A DNA stretch of 49,206 nt from an uncultured Phycisphaerales bacterium (GCA_938084645.1 CALKEP010000029.1:1-49206), one strand, 5' to 3'; positions 8,268 to 18,604 are shown, counted from the first letter of the stretch. The notes: a model not told the origin generated them from the letters alone. Made by a program: numbers and translations.

Positions 8268-9563
8268 ATGACGACCGACAGCCATCGAGGCCTCGGAGGG
8301 CTCGGCATCCTCGCCGGTGGCGGACCCGCCCCGGGCATCAACGCGGTGATCGCCGCGGCCACCATTCGAGCGCGGCTCGAGGGGCTCCCGGTCTTCGGTC
8401 TGATGGACGGCTTCTCGAGGTTGATGGTGGGTGATCCGGATGCGATCCGTCCGCTCGAGATCGAGGACGTCAGTCGAATGCACTATCGAGGCGGCTCGAT
8501 GCTCGGGATTGCGCGGGCGAATCCGACCCGCCGGGAGGAGGACCTCGATCGGGTGATCGCGAGTCTCGAGGCCCGCGGCATCGACAAGCTCGTCACCATC
8601 GGTGGCGACGACACCGCCTACTCGGCCTACCGGGTGAGTGAGCAGGCGAAGGGCCGGATCGCGGTGGCGCACGTCCCGAAGACCATCGACAACGATCTCG
8701 ATCTCCCGCCCGAGATCGACACCTTCGGCTACCAGACCGCGCGGGCGGTCGGCGTGGACATCGTGCGGAACCTGATGACCGACGCCAAGACGACGCGACG
8801 CTGGTACGTGGTGATCGCGATGGGCCGCACCGCCGGTCACCTCGCGCTCGGCATCGGCAAGGCGGCGGGGGCGACGCTCACCATCGTCCCCGAGGAGTTT
8901 CGTGGCGAGACGGTCCCGCTGTCGATGCTGGTCGACACGCTGGTCGGAGCCATCATCAAGCGTCGGCTCGACGGTCGCGAGGACGGTGTCGCCGTCATCG
9001 CCGAGGGGGCGGCGCTCTCGGTCGATCCCGAGGACCTCAACCAGCTCGGCGTCATCGAACGAGATGCCCATGGGCACGTCCGACTGGCGGAGCTCGACTT
9101 CGGTCGGGAACTGAAGCGTCTGGTCCGGACCGAACTCCAGAAGCTCGGAATCGACTGCACGCTCGTCGAGAAGAACATCGGCTACGAACTCCGCTGCGCC
9201 GATCCGGTGCCGGCCGACCTCGAGTACTGCCGGGACCTCGGCTACGCGGCCGCGAAGTTCCTGATCGAAGGCGGCAGTGGGTCGCTGGTGTCCATGCAGG
9301 GTGGTCGTTTCGTGCCGGTGCCGCTCGAAGAGATGCTCGATTCGCAGACCAACCGGATGCAGGTCCGGCTGGTCGACATCGAATCGACCCGATACGCCAT
9401 CGCCCGGCGGTACATGATCCGGATCCGCCGCGACGATCTCGAGGATCCGGTGATCCTCGCCCGGCTCGCGGCGTGCTCCGACATCAACACCGCGGAGTTC
9501 CAGGCACGCTTCGAGTCCATCGTGGGCTACGAGCCGCCGTCGTTGAATCTTCCGATGAGCTGA
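8268..9563 (+). CDS. pfp: Pyrophosphate-dependent phosphofructokinase
   Basis: GGGPAPGIN, TIGGDDT (Asp typical of PPi-dependent enzymes), PKTIDNDL, MGRTAG, GYELRC. Confidence 0.9.
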   Translation: MTTDSHRGLGGLGILAGGGPAPGINAVIAAATIRARLEGLPVFGLMDGFSRLMVGDPDAIRPLEIEDVSRMHYRGGSMLGIARANPTRREEDLDRVIASLEARGIDKLVTIGGDDTAYSAYRVSEQAKGRIAVAHVPKTIDNDLDLPPEIDTFGYQTARAVGVDIVRNLMTDAKTTRRWYVVIAMGRTAGHLALGIGKAAGATLTIVPEEFRGETVPLSMLVDTLVGAIIKRRLDGREDGVAVIAEGAALSVDPEDLNQLGVIERDAHGHVRLAELDFGRELKRLVRTELQKLGIDCTLVEKNIGYELRCADPVPADLEYCRDLGYAAAKFLIEGGSGSLVSMQGGRFVPVPLEEMLDSQTNRMQVRLVDIESTRYAIARRYMIRIRRDDLEDPVILARLAACSDINTAEFQARFESIVGYEPPSLNLPMS

Positions 9564-9701
9564 GCGTGAGGCGGAAGGAGCGGGGGCTCGGGACCCGGGT
9601 CGGCCGTCGCGGGGAATCGGTACGATGACGCGTTCTTCCGAACGAGTCGTTCGACGATGGCTCGATCACCTTCCGCACCGTTCCGCCCCGCGAGGCATGC
9701 C

Positions 9702-11324
9702 GTGAGCGAAACCCCTCCGAACGTTCCGAGTCGTTCCGAAGACGTCGATCCGCCGAGCGAGGCGGATCTTCGCGACCTGGTCGCGGCCCGCCGTCGGAAA
9801 CTCGCATTCCTCCGGGAGGAGCTCGGGGTGCGTCCGTACGGTGGCCGGGTGGAGGGGCTCGTCGATCTCGCCACGGCGCGGGAGACCTTCGACGAGGCGG
9901 CGCACGAGTCGCACGCGGCGGCGCAGGAAGCGGGGGACTCGATCGAGGACCCTCGTCCCGTCGTGCTCGTCTCCGGGCGAGTGATGCAGCATCGCGACAT
10001 CGGCAAGCTGGTCTTCCTCCGTCTGCGGGATCACACCGGTGATCTGCAGGTGAGTCTCTCGAAGGCCGACTGCGCCCCCGAAGTCTTCCGGCTCGCCAAG
10101 AAGCTCGACTACGGCGACGTGGTCGTGGCGGGCGGACCGATGGGGCGAACCAAGCGCGGGGAGATCTGCGTCTGGGCGGATCGAATGGAGATGCACGCGA
10201 AGAGCCTCACGCCGCCGCCCGAGAAGTGGCATGGCCTCTCCGATCCCGAGATCCGCTTCCGGCGGCGCTACGTCGATCTCCACGCGAATCCGGACGCCAT
10301 CCAGGTGCTGCAGGATCGCTCGCGGATCATCTCCCGCATGCGTCGCTTCATGGAGGACCGGTCGTTCCTCGAGGTCGAGACCCCGATGCTGCAGTCGATG
10401 GCGGGCGGTGCCGCCGCCCGTCCATTCACGACGCACCACAACGCCCTGGACATCGAACTCTCGATGCGGATCGCCCCGGAGCTCTACCTCAAGCGACTTC
10501 TGGTCGGGGGATTGCCGCGGGTCTTCGAGATCAACCGCAACTTCCGCAACGAAGGCGTCGATCGGACCCACAATCCCGAGTTCACGGCGATGGAGGTCTA
10601 CGAGGCGTTCGGCGACTGCTGGACGATGCTCGAACTGACCGAGTCGCTTCTGCACGAACTCGCCTGCCGGGCCGCCGAGGATCGCCGCGGTCGTGGCGAC
10701 GAGTCGGTCGGGGGCGAGGTGGATGCGCCGGTCTTGCCGTTCGGAGAGCTGAAGATCGACTGGAGTCGGCCCTTCGAGCGGGTCACCTACGGCGAACTCT
10801 TCGAGCGGGCGACCGGATTCGACATGCGTGACGAGGACGCGGTGCGGTCGAAGGTGGCGGAACTCGGTCTGCACAAGGCGGAAGGGATGGACCACTGGTT
10901 CGCGGTCAACGAACTCTTCGAGGAGGTCGCGGAGCCGCTGATCGATCCGTCGAGGCCGACGTTCGTGACCGGGTACCCGTCCGCGGTGAGCCCGCTCACC
11001 CGTCCGGATCCGGACGATCCGGATCTCGCGGAGCGATGGGACGTCTTCGTCGCGGGCATGGAGATCGGTCCGGCGTACACCGAACTCAACGATCCCGACG
11101 TGCAGCTCGCGAAGTTCACCGAGCAGCTCGCCGGGGCCGACGACGAGGAACAGGCGTTTCGAAACCTCGACGAGGATTTCATCGAGGCCCTCCGCGTCGG
11201 CATGCCCCCCGCGGGCGGGCTGGGGCTCGGCGTCGATCGCATCGTGATGCTCCTCACCGGCCAGGCCTCGATCCGCGAGGTCATCGCGTTCCCGTTGATG
11301 CGACCCGAGGACGGCGAAGGCTGA
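9702..11324 (+). CDS. lysS: Lysine--tRNA ligase, class II
   Basis: OB domain, PPEKWHGL, RRRYVDL, GGAAARPF, RIAPELYLKRL, FRNEG, YTELNDP, GMPPAGGLGLGVDR. Start GTG 9702 or ATG 9657. Confidence 0.97.
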   Translation: MSETPPNVPSRSEDVDPPSEADLRDLVAARRRKLAFLREELGVRPYGGRVEGLVDLATARETFDEAAHESHAAAQEAGDSIEDPRPVVLVSGRVMQHRDIGKLVFLRLRDHTGDLQVSLSKADCAPEVFRLAKKLDYGDVVVAGGPMGRTKRGEICVWADRMEMHAKSLTPPPEKWHGLSDPEIRFRRRYVDLHANPDAIQVLQDRSRIISRMRRFMEDRSFLEVETPMLQSMAGGAAARPFTTHHNALDIELSMRIAPELYLKRLLVGGLPRVFEINRNFRNEGVDRTHNPEFTAMEVYEAFGDCWTMLELTESLLHELACRAAEDRRGRGDESVGGEVDAPVLPFGELKIDWSRPFERVTYGELFERATGFDMRDEDAVRSKVAELGLHKAEGMDHWFAVNELFEEVAEPLIDPSRPTFVTGYPSAVSPLTRPDPDDPDLAERWDVFVAGMEIGPAYTELNDPDVQLAKFTEQLAGADDEEQAFRNLDEDFIEALRVGMPPAGGLGLGVDRIVMLLTGQASIREVIAFPLMRPEDGEG

Positions 11325-11360
11325 TTCGCGGGGGCGAGGACGAGCCCCTCGGAACGGACG

Positions 11361-12701
11361 TCACCGTTGGAAGTCGTAGAGGCCGGGGAGTTCGAGGATC
11401 ACCGTGAGTTCGTCGAGGGCATCGCGGGCGGAGACCAGGCGATCGGGGTCCGCGAGTTCCGAGGCGGCGAGTTCCTCCGGATACCACCGTTCCACCCACT
11501 CGACCAGCCGGTGGTATCGCGCCTCCGTGTAGAGGCAGGCGTGATGCACCGCATCGACGTCGCCCGGTCGAAGGCCCACCCGAAGCCGGAGACAGGCGGG
11601 CCCGCCACCGTTTCGCATCGACTGGCGAAGGTCGAAGGCGTGGACGGCGGCGATCGGGTTCGCCGTGTCGACGACGAGGTCGTCGAGATAGGACGACACC
11701 GCCGTGGACTCGCGGCACTCCCCGGGGCAGATCAGGGCCATCGATCCGTCCGGCAGCGTGACGAGCTGGGAATTGAAGAGGTAGGAGCGGACCGCGTCCT
11801 CCATCGCCACGCGATCGGCGGGCACCTGGATCGAGATCAGTCGGCCGTCGAGCCGGCGGTCGAGTTCCGCGAGGGTCCGGTCCGGATCGAGAAAGGCCTG
11901 CTCGTGGTGGAGAAGCACGTTCTCGTTGCCCACCGAGATCACGTCGTTGTGGAAGACGCCCGCATCGATCGCGTCGGGATGCTGCTGGGCGAAGACGCAT
12001 CTCGATTCGGGGACCCGGAGCACGTCCGCGACCGCTCGCGAGGCCGCGAGGGTCTGTCGCGCGACGTACCGACGCGGTCCGACGTCGGAGTCCGCCCGAC
12101 CGCCGTAGACGAAGAAGTGGGTGCCGGGTCCGTCGCCACTCGCGAGCCGGGTGTGATTCGCGGCGCCTTCGTCGGTGAGTCCCGGACCGTCGATCGCGGC
12201 ATGGACCGTCATCCGGGCTTCGTCGGCGAAGACGCGACGGAGAATCCGTTCGGTGGTCGGCGCCTCGATCCGGCGATGCGGCATGGTGTGGAGATTCGCG
12301 ACCGCGAGATGCAGTCGACCGTCCTCGGTGTCGGGGGCCGGCGCGACCGTCGCGGCATTCGCCGCCCACATGAACGAGGAGGAGGTGGCGCGGGCGAGGA
12401 GGTGGGGGGCGTCGGCCGCCGCCCGCGCGATGATGGTGGCGTCGTCGCCTTCGAAGCCGGCGTCGCGGAGCGCCGTGAACGCGGGACGCGGGTGCGGCGG
12501 CAGCCAGCCTTGGAGCAGGCCCATCTCCGCGAGCGCCCGCATCTTCGCGAGTCCCTGCAGTGCCGCTTCCCGAGGACGGGAGATCTCACCGGAATTCGTC
12601 GAACTCGCGACGTTGCCCGGGCTCAGGCCCGCGTAGTTGTGGGTCGGTCCGACGATGGAGTCGAAATTCGCTTCGCGGACGGGCTCGTGAGCGGTGGACA
12701 T
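11361..12701 (-). CDS. astB: N-succinylarginine dihydrolase
   Basis: EANFDSIVGPTHNYAGLSPGNVAS, MWAANAATV, DEGAANH, GVFHNDVI, SYLFNSQL, SMRNGGGPACLRLRV. Confidence 0.95.
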   Translation of the reverse strand: MSTAHEPVREANFDSIVGPTHNYAGLSPGNVASSTNSGEISRPREAALQGLAKMRALAEMGLLQGWLPPHPRPAFTALRDAGFEGDDATIIARAAADAPHLLARATSSSFMWAANAATVAPAPDTEDGRLHLAVANLHTMPHRRIEAPTTERILRRVFADEARMTVHAAIDGPGLTDEGAANHTRLASGDGPGTHFFVYGGRADSDVGPRRYVARQTLAASRAVADVLRVPESRCVFAQQHPDAIDAGVFHNDVISVGNENVLLHHEQAFLDPDRTLAELDRRLDGRLISIQVPADRVAMEDAVRSYLFNSQLVTLPDGSMALICPGECRESTAVSSYLDDLVVDTANPIAAVHAFDLRQSMRNGGGPACLRLRVGLRPGDVDAVHHACLYTEARYHRLVEWVERWYPEELAASELADPDRLVSARDALDELTVILELPGLYDFQR

Positions 12702-12916
12702 CGCCGCAGCGTACCCGAGCGACGAGTCGACGCGCGACGAACCTCTGGAGACGGGAATCGCCGATGGGTCGCACCGATACAATCGGAGGGTCGGCGACCG
12801 CCGACGGGAAGGTGAGCATGCCGTTTTCCGAACCACCAGTCCACCCTCGTCCCGAGCGATCGGAGCTCGATCCGCCGTCTCGCCCGATCATCGCGGCGCC
12901 GTGCCGGACGCGGCCG

Positions 12917-14434
12917 ATGAACCTGGTCGCATCGTTCATCGCCGTGGTCGTCGCGGCCTGCGCGATCGCCGGTGCGTCGCTCGCCGCGCCGCCTTCCGGC
13001 GGTCCGCACGCGACGGAGTCCATCGATGTCGACGACACCGAGACGTGGTGGTTCGTCTGCACGATCGGCGGGCGGCCCTGCGGTCGAATGCTGGAGTCGG
13101 CCAGCACCTCCCCCTCGGGGGTGCGAACCGTCGAGACCGACCTGGTGCTTCGCTTCCTTCGTCAGGGTGTCGAGATCGAGAGCCGGGTGACGAGTCGGAT
13201 GCGCACCGACGCCGAGGGTGCGTTGGTGTTCATGGAGATCGTGCAGCACCTCGGTGAACGTCCGCTGGTCGCGACGTGGCGGTTTCGTGGGGACGAGGTG
13301 GAGGAAACGCGTTCCCAGGGCGGACGTTCCGAGACGACGCGACATCCGCGTCCGGCGTCGCCCTGGTTCGCGCCGGACGCCGCGATGGCCCGGGTGATGG
13401 CGGATCCGACCGACGAGCCCATTACGCTGCGGGTCGTGGATCCCGCGAACGGGATCGTGCCGTTGCCCGTCACGTATCGCCGACTCGGGACGTCGACGAT
13501 CGAAGTCGACGGTCGTCGAATCGAGGGCGTGCGATGGGAGATCCGCCAGCCGGATGCGCCGGTGGTGGTGGAGGTGGTCGATGCCGGCGGGACGACGCTG
13601 TCGAGTCGGACCCTCCTCGGGGCCGGACTGGGCGAACTCGAGATCGTCCGCACCACCCGCGCTCGGGCGATGGCCGGGGCCCGGGCGGGCGTCGATCTCC
13701 TGGATGCGGGACAGGTGCGTCCGATGTTCGAGGGCGGGGGCCTTCGCCCGGACCGCGTCGAGACGCTGACGATGCGGATCACGCCCCGTGCCGGTTCGTT
13801 GCCCGCCTTCGTCGACGGGGGTGCGCAGCGGGTCCGTCGGGATGGCGACGCGTTGCTGGTGACGGTGACGCCGGGCCAGACGTCGCCCTGTCCGGAGATC
13901 TCGGAGGACCACCTCGCAGCGACGCCGATCGCCGATCACGAGGACCCCGCGGTCCGTCGATTCGCGAATCGCGGATCCCGAGGCGCGACGACGGTTGAGG
14001 AGACGGCCGAGCGGCTTCGTCGCGCCGTGCATCGTCATGTCGATCGCAAGGGACTGGCGACGGCGTTCGCCTCCGCGAGCGAGACCGTCCGGGACCGACA
14101 GGGCGACTGCACCGAACACGCGGTCCTGCTCGCCGCCGCGCTTCGATCCAGGGGGATCGCCAGTCGGGTGGTGAATGGGTTGGTCTGGATTCCCTCGGCG
14201 GACGGCCGCGAAGGCGTCTATCTCTGGCACATGTGGACGCAGGCCGTCGTCGACGGGCGATGGATCGATCTCGACGCCACGCTTCCGCCCGACGGCCCGG
14301 GATTCCACGCCGGCCACCTCGCCGTCAACACCGGGGACCTCTCGCCCGCCTCGTTCAATGCGACGGGAACCGCGATGCTCGAGGTCTTCGGTTCGATCGA
14401 CATCACGATCCTCGATGGAGATCCGGGCCCATGA
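12917..14434 (+). CDS. Exported transglutaminase-like (Cys-His-Asp) domain protein
   Basis: N-terminal signal peptide; GDCTEHAVLLAAALR, HMWTQA, WIDLDAT catalytic motifs. Confidence 0.85.
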   Translation: MNLVASFIAVVVAACAIAGASLAAPPSGGPHATESIDVDDTETWWFVCTIGGRPCGRMLESASTSPSGVRTVETDLVLRFLRQGVEIESRVTSRMRTDAEGALVFMEIVQHLGERPLVATWRFRGDEVEETRSQGGRSETTRHPRPASPWFAPDAAMARVMADPTDEPITLRVVDPANGIVPLPVTYRRLGTSTIEVDGRRIEGVRWEIRQPDAPVVVEVVDAGGTTLSSRTLLGAGLGELEIVRTTRARAMAGARAGVDLLDAGQVRPMFEGGGLRPDRVETLTMRITPRAGSLPAFVDGGAQRVRRDGDALLVTVTPGQTSPCPEISEDHLAATPIADHEDPAVRRFANRGSRGATTVEETAERLRRAVHRHVDRKGLATAFASASETVRDRQGDCTEHAVLLAAALRSRGIASRVVNGLVWIPSADGREGVYLWHMWTQAVVDGRWIDLDATLPPDGPGFHAGHLAVNTGDLSPASFNATGTAMLEVFGSIDITILDGDPGP

Positions 14435-15372
14435 CCGACCTCGAACTGGAGCGGGTCGCCGATCCGCCGGTGATGCCGACTCGTCCGTCCGACGGTCACA
14501 AGGGGACCTTCGGAACCACGTTGGTGGTGGGGGGTGCGACGGGGCCGCGACGGATGCTCGGAGGTCCTTGCCTCGCCGCCCGAGCGGCGTTGCGGACCGG
14601 GTGCGGGCTCGCGGTGCTCGGGGTTCCGGAATCGCTCGCGACCGCGGCGCTCTCGATCGTTCCGGAGGCGACCGCGATTCCTCTTGCGATCGCCGACGAC
14701 TGCGAGGTCGGTGCGATCGAGGCGGTCCGGGAGGTGGCGTCCACGGCGCACTCGATCGTGTGCGGCCCGGGACTCGGTGCGCCGGCCGGGGTCGAGGCCC
14801 TGGTCGACGCGGTCGCGGATCTCGAGGATCGCCCCCGGGTCCTCGACGCCGATGCGTTGAACGCGCTGGCGGGCACCACGCGGACCACGCTGCACGGGCC
14901 GATCGTGTTGACGCCCCATCCCGGTGAATGGAACCGGCTCGCCCGTCGGCTCGGCATCGAACGCGATGCGATCTCGAGTGCCGGTCGGCCCCGGGCGGCG
15001 GCGGAGCTCGCGCGACGCCTCGACGGAGGTGGCGGTCCGGTGGTCGTCGTTCTCAAGGGCGACCGCACGGTGGTCAGCGACGGTCGGCGATTCTGGCGTT
15101 GCGAGATGGCGAATCCCGCGTTGGCGACCGCGGGAAGCGGCGACGTGCTCGCCGGCGTCATCGGGGGCCTGCTCGCGCAGTTCCATCCGCGTGCCGGTGC
15201 ACCGGCGCGGGCGCCGATCCTCGACGCGTTCGATCTCGCCTGCCTGGGCGTGTCCCTGCATGCGGAGGCCGGGGCGGGTTGGCGACGACGACACGGTGAC
15301 GCCGGATTGCTCGCGCACGAACTCGCCGACGAGCTTCCCGCGGCCCGCGGCCGTCTGCTCCCGTCGTCGTGA
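14431..15372 (+). CDS. nnrD: ADP/ATP-dependent NAD(P)H-hydrate dehydratase (YjeF C-terminal family)
   Basis: HKGTFG, CGPGLG, VLDADALN, LTPHPGE, VLKG, LATAGSGDVLAG; ATGA overlap with upstream gene. Confidence 0.92.
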   Translation: MTDLELERVADPPVMPTRPSDGHKGTFGTTLVVGGATGPRRMLGGPCLAARAALRTGCGLAVLGVPESLATAALSIVPEATAIPLAIADDCEVGAIEAVREVASTAHSIVCGPGLGAPAGVEALVDAVADLEDRPRVLDADALNALAGTTRTTLHGPIVLTPHPGEWNRLARRLGIERDAISSAGRPRAAAELARRLDGGGGPVVVVLKGDRTVVSDGRRFWRCEMANPALATAGSGDVLAGVIGGLLAQFHPRAGAPARAPILDAFDLACLGVSLHAEAGAGWRRRHGDAGLLAHELADELPAARGRLLPSS

Positions 15373-15401
15373 CGCGCGCGGGTCTTGATACACTCGCCCG
15401 A

Positions 15402-16406
15402 ATGGACAAGACCGAAACCGTCGTCGACGCCGATCGCTGGCACCTTGATGTGTCGGACATGACACCCGGAACCCGGGTGGACGGGGTCTATGCGATCCTC
15501 AACCCGCAGGTCAGCGCGAGCCGCTCCGGCAAGCCCTTCCTCAAGTGCATCGTTCGCGACGCCTCGGGGCGGGTGAACGGTCGCATGTGGTCGGTCGAGG
15601 AGAACATCCTCGCGTCCATCTCGGGCGCCGCCTTCGTCTCGATCTCGGGCTCGTGCGAGAACTTCAACGACCAGATCCAGTTGAAGATCGAACGGATCGA
15701 GGCGGCGGAGGTCGACGCGGAGGAGCTGACCCGGCTCCTGCCGACCAGCCGACGCGACATCGAGACCATGTTCGCCGAACTCCGCGGGATCCTCGACACG
15801 GTGAACGATCCCTCGCTTCGGGCGCTGGTGGACGCGTACCTCTCCGATGCGAACTTCGCCGGTCGGTTCAAGCATTCGCCGGCGGCGATCTCGATCCACC
15901 ACGCGTATCTCGGGGGTCTGCTGGAGCACACGTTGCAGCTGTTGGTCGCGGCGAACGCGATTCTCCCGAACTATCCGGAGCTCGATCGCGACGTGGTGCT
16001 CGTCGGTCTGTTCCTGCACGACTCGGGCAAGGTGCTCGAATTCGATGTCGATCGATTCGAGTACACCCGGCGGGGCAACCTTCTCGGTCACCTGATGGAC
16101 GGAGTCGTGATGCTCGAGACGTACTCCGCCAAGGTCCGCGTCGCAGGCGGTCCGCCGCTCGCGCCGGATGCGAAGCTCGCGATCCAGCACGTGATCGCCA
16201 GTCACCACAACCGGCCGGAGTACGGGGCGATCAAGCGGCCCGCGACCCCGGAGGCGATCTTCTGCAGTCGGCTCGACGATCTCGACGCCGCCACCCAGAT
16301 CGCGCTCGATGCGGCGGATCGGGATCGTGAAGCCGGTGACTTCACCGAACAGATCCATGCGCTCGACGGCGTGCGGATCTACCGACGCCGACCCTTCGAC
16401 TCCTGA
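15402..16406 (+). CDS. yhaM: OB-fold plus HD-domain 3'-5' exoribonuclease, YhaM/Cbf1 family
   Basis: N-terminal OB fold, PAAISIHHAYLGGLLEHT, LHDSGK, GNLLGH, SHH, PATPEA, DDLDA. Start 15402 or GTG 15369. Confidence 0.88.
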   Translation: MDKTETVVDADRWHLDVSDMTPGTRVDGVYAILNPQVSASRSGKPFLKCIVRDASGRVNGRMWSVEENILASISGAAFVSISGSCENFNDQIQLKIERIEAAEVDAEELTRLLPTSRRDIETMFAELRGILDTVNDPSLRALVDAYLSDANFAGRFKHSPAAISIHHAYLGGLLEHTLQLLVAANAILPNYPELDRDVVLVGLFLHDSGKVLEFDVDRFEYTRRGNLLGHLMDGVVMLETYSAKVRVAGGPPLAPDAKLAIQHVIASHHNRPEYGAIKRPATPEAIFCSRLDDLDAATQIALDAADRDREAGDFTEQIHALDGVRIYRRRPFDS

Positions 16407-16428
16407 AGTCCTCGAGCCGGTACCGGAC

Positions 16429-17775
16429 TCACCGGAACGCGCCGCGGATCGACGACGACAGCTGGTCGAGGTCCGTCGTGGCGTGAAGCGGAAACGCCCA
16501 GGCGCGGTCCGCCGCGATCGCCATCGCCCCTCTTCGTCCGGCCTGGGTCCGCACCACCGCGGCGGTGGCCGCGAGTTCGTCGGCGTTCGAACGCCGGGCG
16601 GCATCGATCGCGAGGCGGAGTTCCCGGAATGCGGCGCGACGGGGCTCGCTGGCGACGGGGGCCGAGGCGATCGCATCGAGCAGACGCGGCCGGAGCGTCG
16701 ATTCGGCACGTCCCAGGTCGGGATCGTTGCGGAGGCGATGCAGTCGCGTGGGATCCCCCTCGGGATCGAACGCCGGCCCCTCGAGCGGGAGCCGACAGGT
16801 CGCGGTCGCGACGAACTTCGGAGCGAGCGCATCGGCGTGTTCCGGCCCGAGCCAGCCGCGAATCCAACCTTCCATCGCGTCGTCGTAGACGCCGCCGCCG
16901 ATGCCGTGCACGAAACCGTCGCACGCCGCGAGCCGTGTCATCGCGGTGGCGAGCAGGGCCCGCGGTCGCAGGGTCGCGGGGTCGAGCGGGTCGCCCGCGA
17001 GGACGGGAACCCGCCCGTCGGGCGTGGCTCTCCAGAGCGGCAGCTCCAGCGTCGTGCCTCTGGCCAGCGGACGGGCCACGCCGCGCGGGGGGCGACCGCC
17101 GCGTAGTTCGGCCCGGCCCTGTCGGTGAGCCTCGACGGCACGGTCATGGGCCAGCGCCGCGGCTTCGGGATCGGCGGCGAGTCGATCGAGGAACCACGTG
17201 CCGATCGGCGTTTCGAGCAGGCGGCTCATCGATCGCCTGGGGATCGCTCCGGTCCACGGGCCGGCGAGCGTCATCGCCGCGGTGCCGAGCTGCATCGCCG
17301 CGTTCTCCGAGTCGGCCGCGGCATCGATCGCGGCGCGGATCGCATCGATGCCCGCGGACACGCTGGGCAGGAAGTCCCCGGCGGGCGGATGGCCGCACGG
17401 AGCGGCGGGGCGATCCCGCGATCCGTGTCCGTTCGCGGCCGGCAACGCCCGCCATTCGAGTCGACGCAGGTCCGGGCCCGACCCGCTGGGAAGCGCGATC
17501 AGGCCGCCTTCGTCCGCATCGTGATCCGCGAGGAGATGGAGTGGTCGTAGTGCGGGGTCGGCGTCGACCATGCCGGCGAGGGCGAGATCCTTGGCGAGGA
17601 TCCCGGGATGCCAGATGGACGCCTGATGCCCGGTGGCCACGATGGTCGCATCGGCGTCGAGTTCGAGGGCCACCCGGGTGGCGGTCCGCACCGGACCGAG
17701 CGGATCGGGTCGATCGGCTCGCACCGCCGCGACCCAGCTCCGTGCGTCTGGTTGGAGCGTGTCGTCGCAGGTCAT
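16429..17775 (-). CDS. Hypothetical protein with BshC-like (Rossmann-fold ligase) motifs
   Basis: ATGHQASIWHPGILAK, LLADHDADE, LRPRAL, FVHGIGGGVYD; co-oriented with the upstream GT2. Confidence 0.65.
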   Translation of the reverse strand: MTCDDTLQPDARSWVAAVRADRPDPLGPVRTATRVALELDADATIVATGHQASIWHPGILAKDLALAGMVDADPALRPLHLLADHDADEGGLIALPSGSGPDLRRLEWRALPAANGHGSRDRPAAPCGHPPAGDFLPSVSAGIDAIRAAIDAAADSENAAMQLGTAAMTLAGPWTGAIPRRSMSRLLETPIGTWFLDRLAADPEAAALAHDRAVEAHRQGRAELRGGRPPRGVARPLARGTTLELPLWRATPDGRVPVLAGDPLDPATLRPRALLATAMTRLAACDGFVHGIGGGVYDDAMEGWIRGWLGPEHADALAPKFVATATCRLPLEGPAFDPEGDPTRLHRLRNDPDLGRAESTLRPRLLDAIASAPVASEPRRAAFRELRLAIDAARRSNADELAATAAVVRTQAGRRGAMAIAADRAWAFPLHATTDLDQLSSSIRGAFR

Positions 17776-17842
17776 CGAGGGTTCATCGTATTTCGTGCTG
17801 GGTCGTGCGGAGTGATGGTGGGGCGGGACCTCGCACCTCGAC

Positions 17843-18604
17843 TCAGCGGGCCGCGCCGGCGGGAACCGCGGTCATCGGGAGTCGGTCCCGGCACGTGGAG
17901 ATCTCCCGCTCGAAGGTCCGGCGATACACGGCGAGCCTGTTCTCGGCGTCGTCGAGCGGGCCGCCGAAGGAGCGGGTCGGATCGTTGTAGATCAGTCGCA
18001 CGGGCAGCTCCGAGACCCGGAGCCCGTTCGCCACCGCCTGGACCCAGAACTGCATCGGGAAGTCGTAGCCGTCGACGTCGAGGTCGAGCTTCGCGAGGGG
18101 GGCGACCCGGTAGGCCTTGAATCCGCAGAACGCGTCGGTCAGCTCGAGTCCCAGCCGCTGGTTGATCTCTCCGGTGAGCAGGTGGTTGATGCGACGTCGA
18201 TCGGGTGGGGGGGCGTCGACGAGGTTGGCGGCATCCAGGTAGCGACTCCCCGACACGACGTCGGCCTCGTTGCGCTCGATCGAAGCGAGAAAGTCCGGGA
18301 TGGCCGCGGGCTCGTGCTGCTCATCGCAGTCCATCGTGACGAGCCAGTCGAAACCGTCGACCGCCGCCCATCGGAACATGTCCATCATGCTTCGGCCGTA
18401 GCCGCGATTGGTCGCGTGCCGGATGACCTCCACCGGATGCTTCGAAAGAAGCATCGGCGTGCGGTCGGTCGACCCGTCGTCGATGATCAGGATGTCCTCG
18501 ACCCGCTTTCGAACCTCGGTGAGGACGGTGTCGACGTAGCGTTCCTCGTTGTACACGGGGATGGCGAGGAGAACGCGGGGCGGGGTTGGCTTGGGGTGGA
18601 TCAT
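17843..18604 (-). CDS. Glycosyltransferase family 2 (DPM-synthase-like)
   Basis: AIPVYNEE, IIDDGSTD, NRGYG, TMDCDEQH, VSGSRY, LTDAFCGFKAYR. Confidence 0.92.
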   Translation of the reverse strand: MIHPKPTPPRVLLAIPVYNEERYVDTVLTEVRKRVEDILIIDDGSTDRTPMLLSKHPVEVIRHATNRGYGRSMMDMFRWAAVDGFDWLVTMDCDEQHEPAAIPDFLASIERNEADVVSGSRYLDAANLVDAPPPDRRRINHLLTGEINQRLGLELTDAFCGFKAYRVAPLAKLDLDVDGYDFPMQFWVQAVANGLRVSELPVRLIYNDPTRSFGGPLDDAENRLAVYRRTFEREISTCRDRLPMTAVPAGAAR

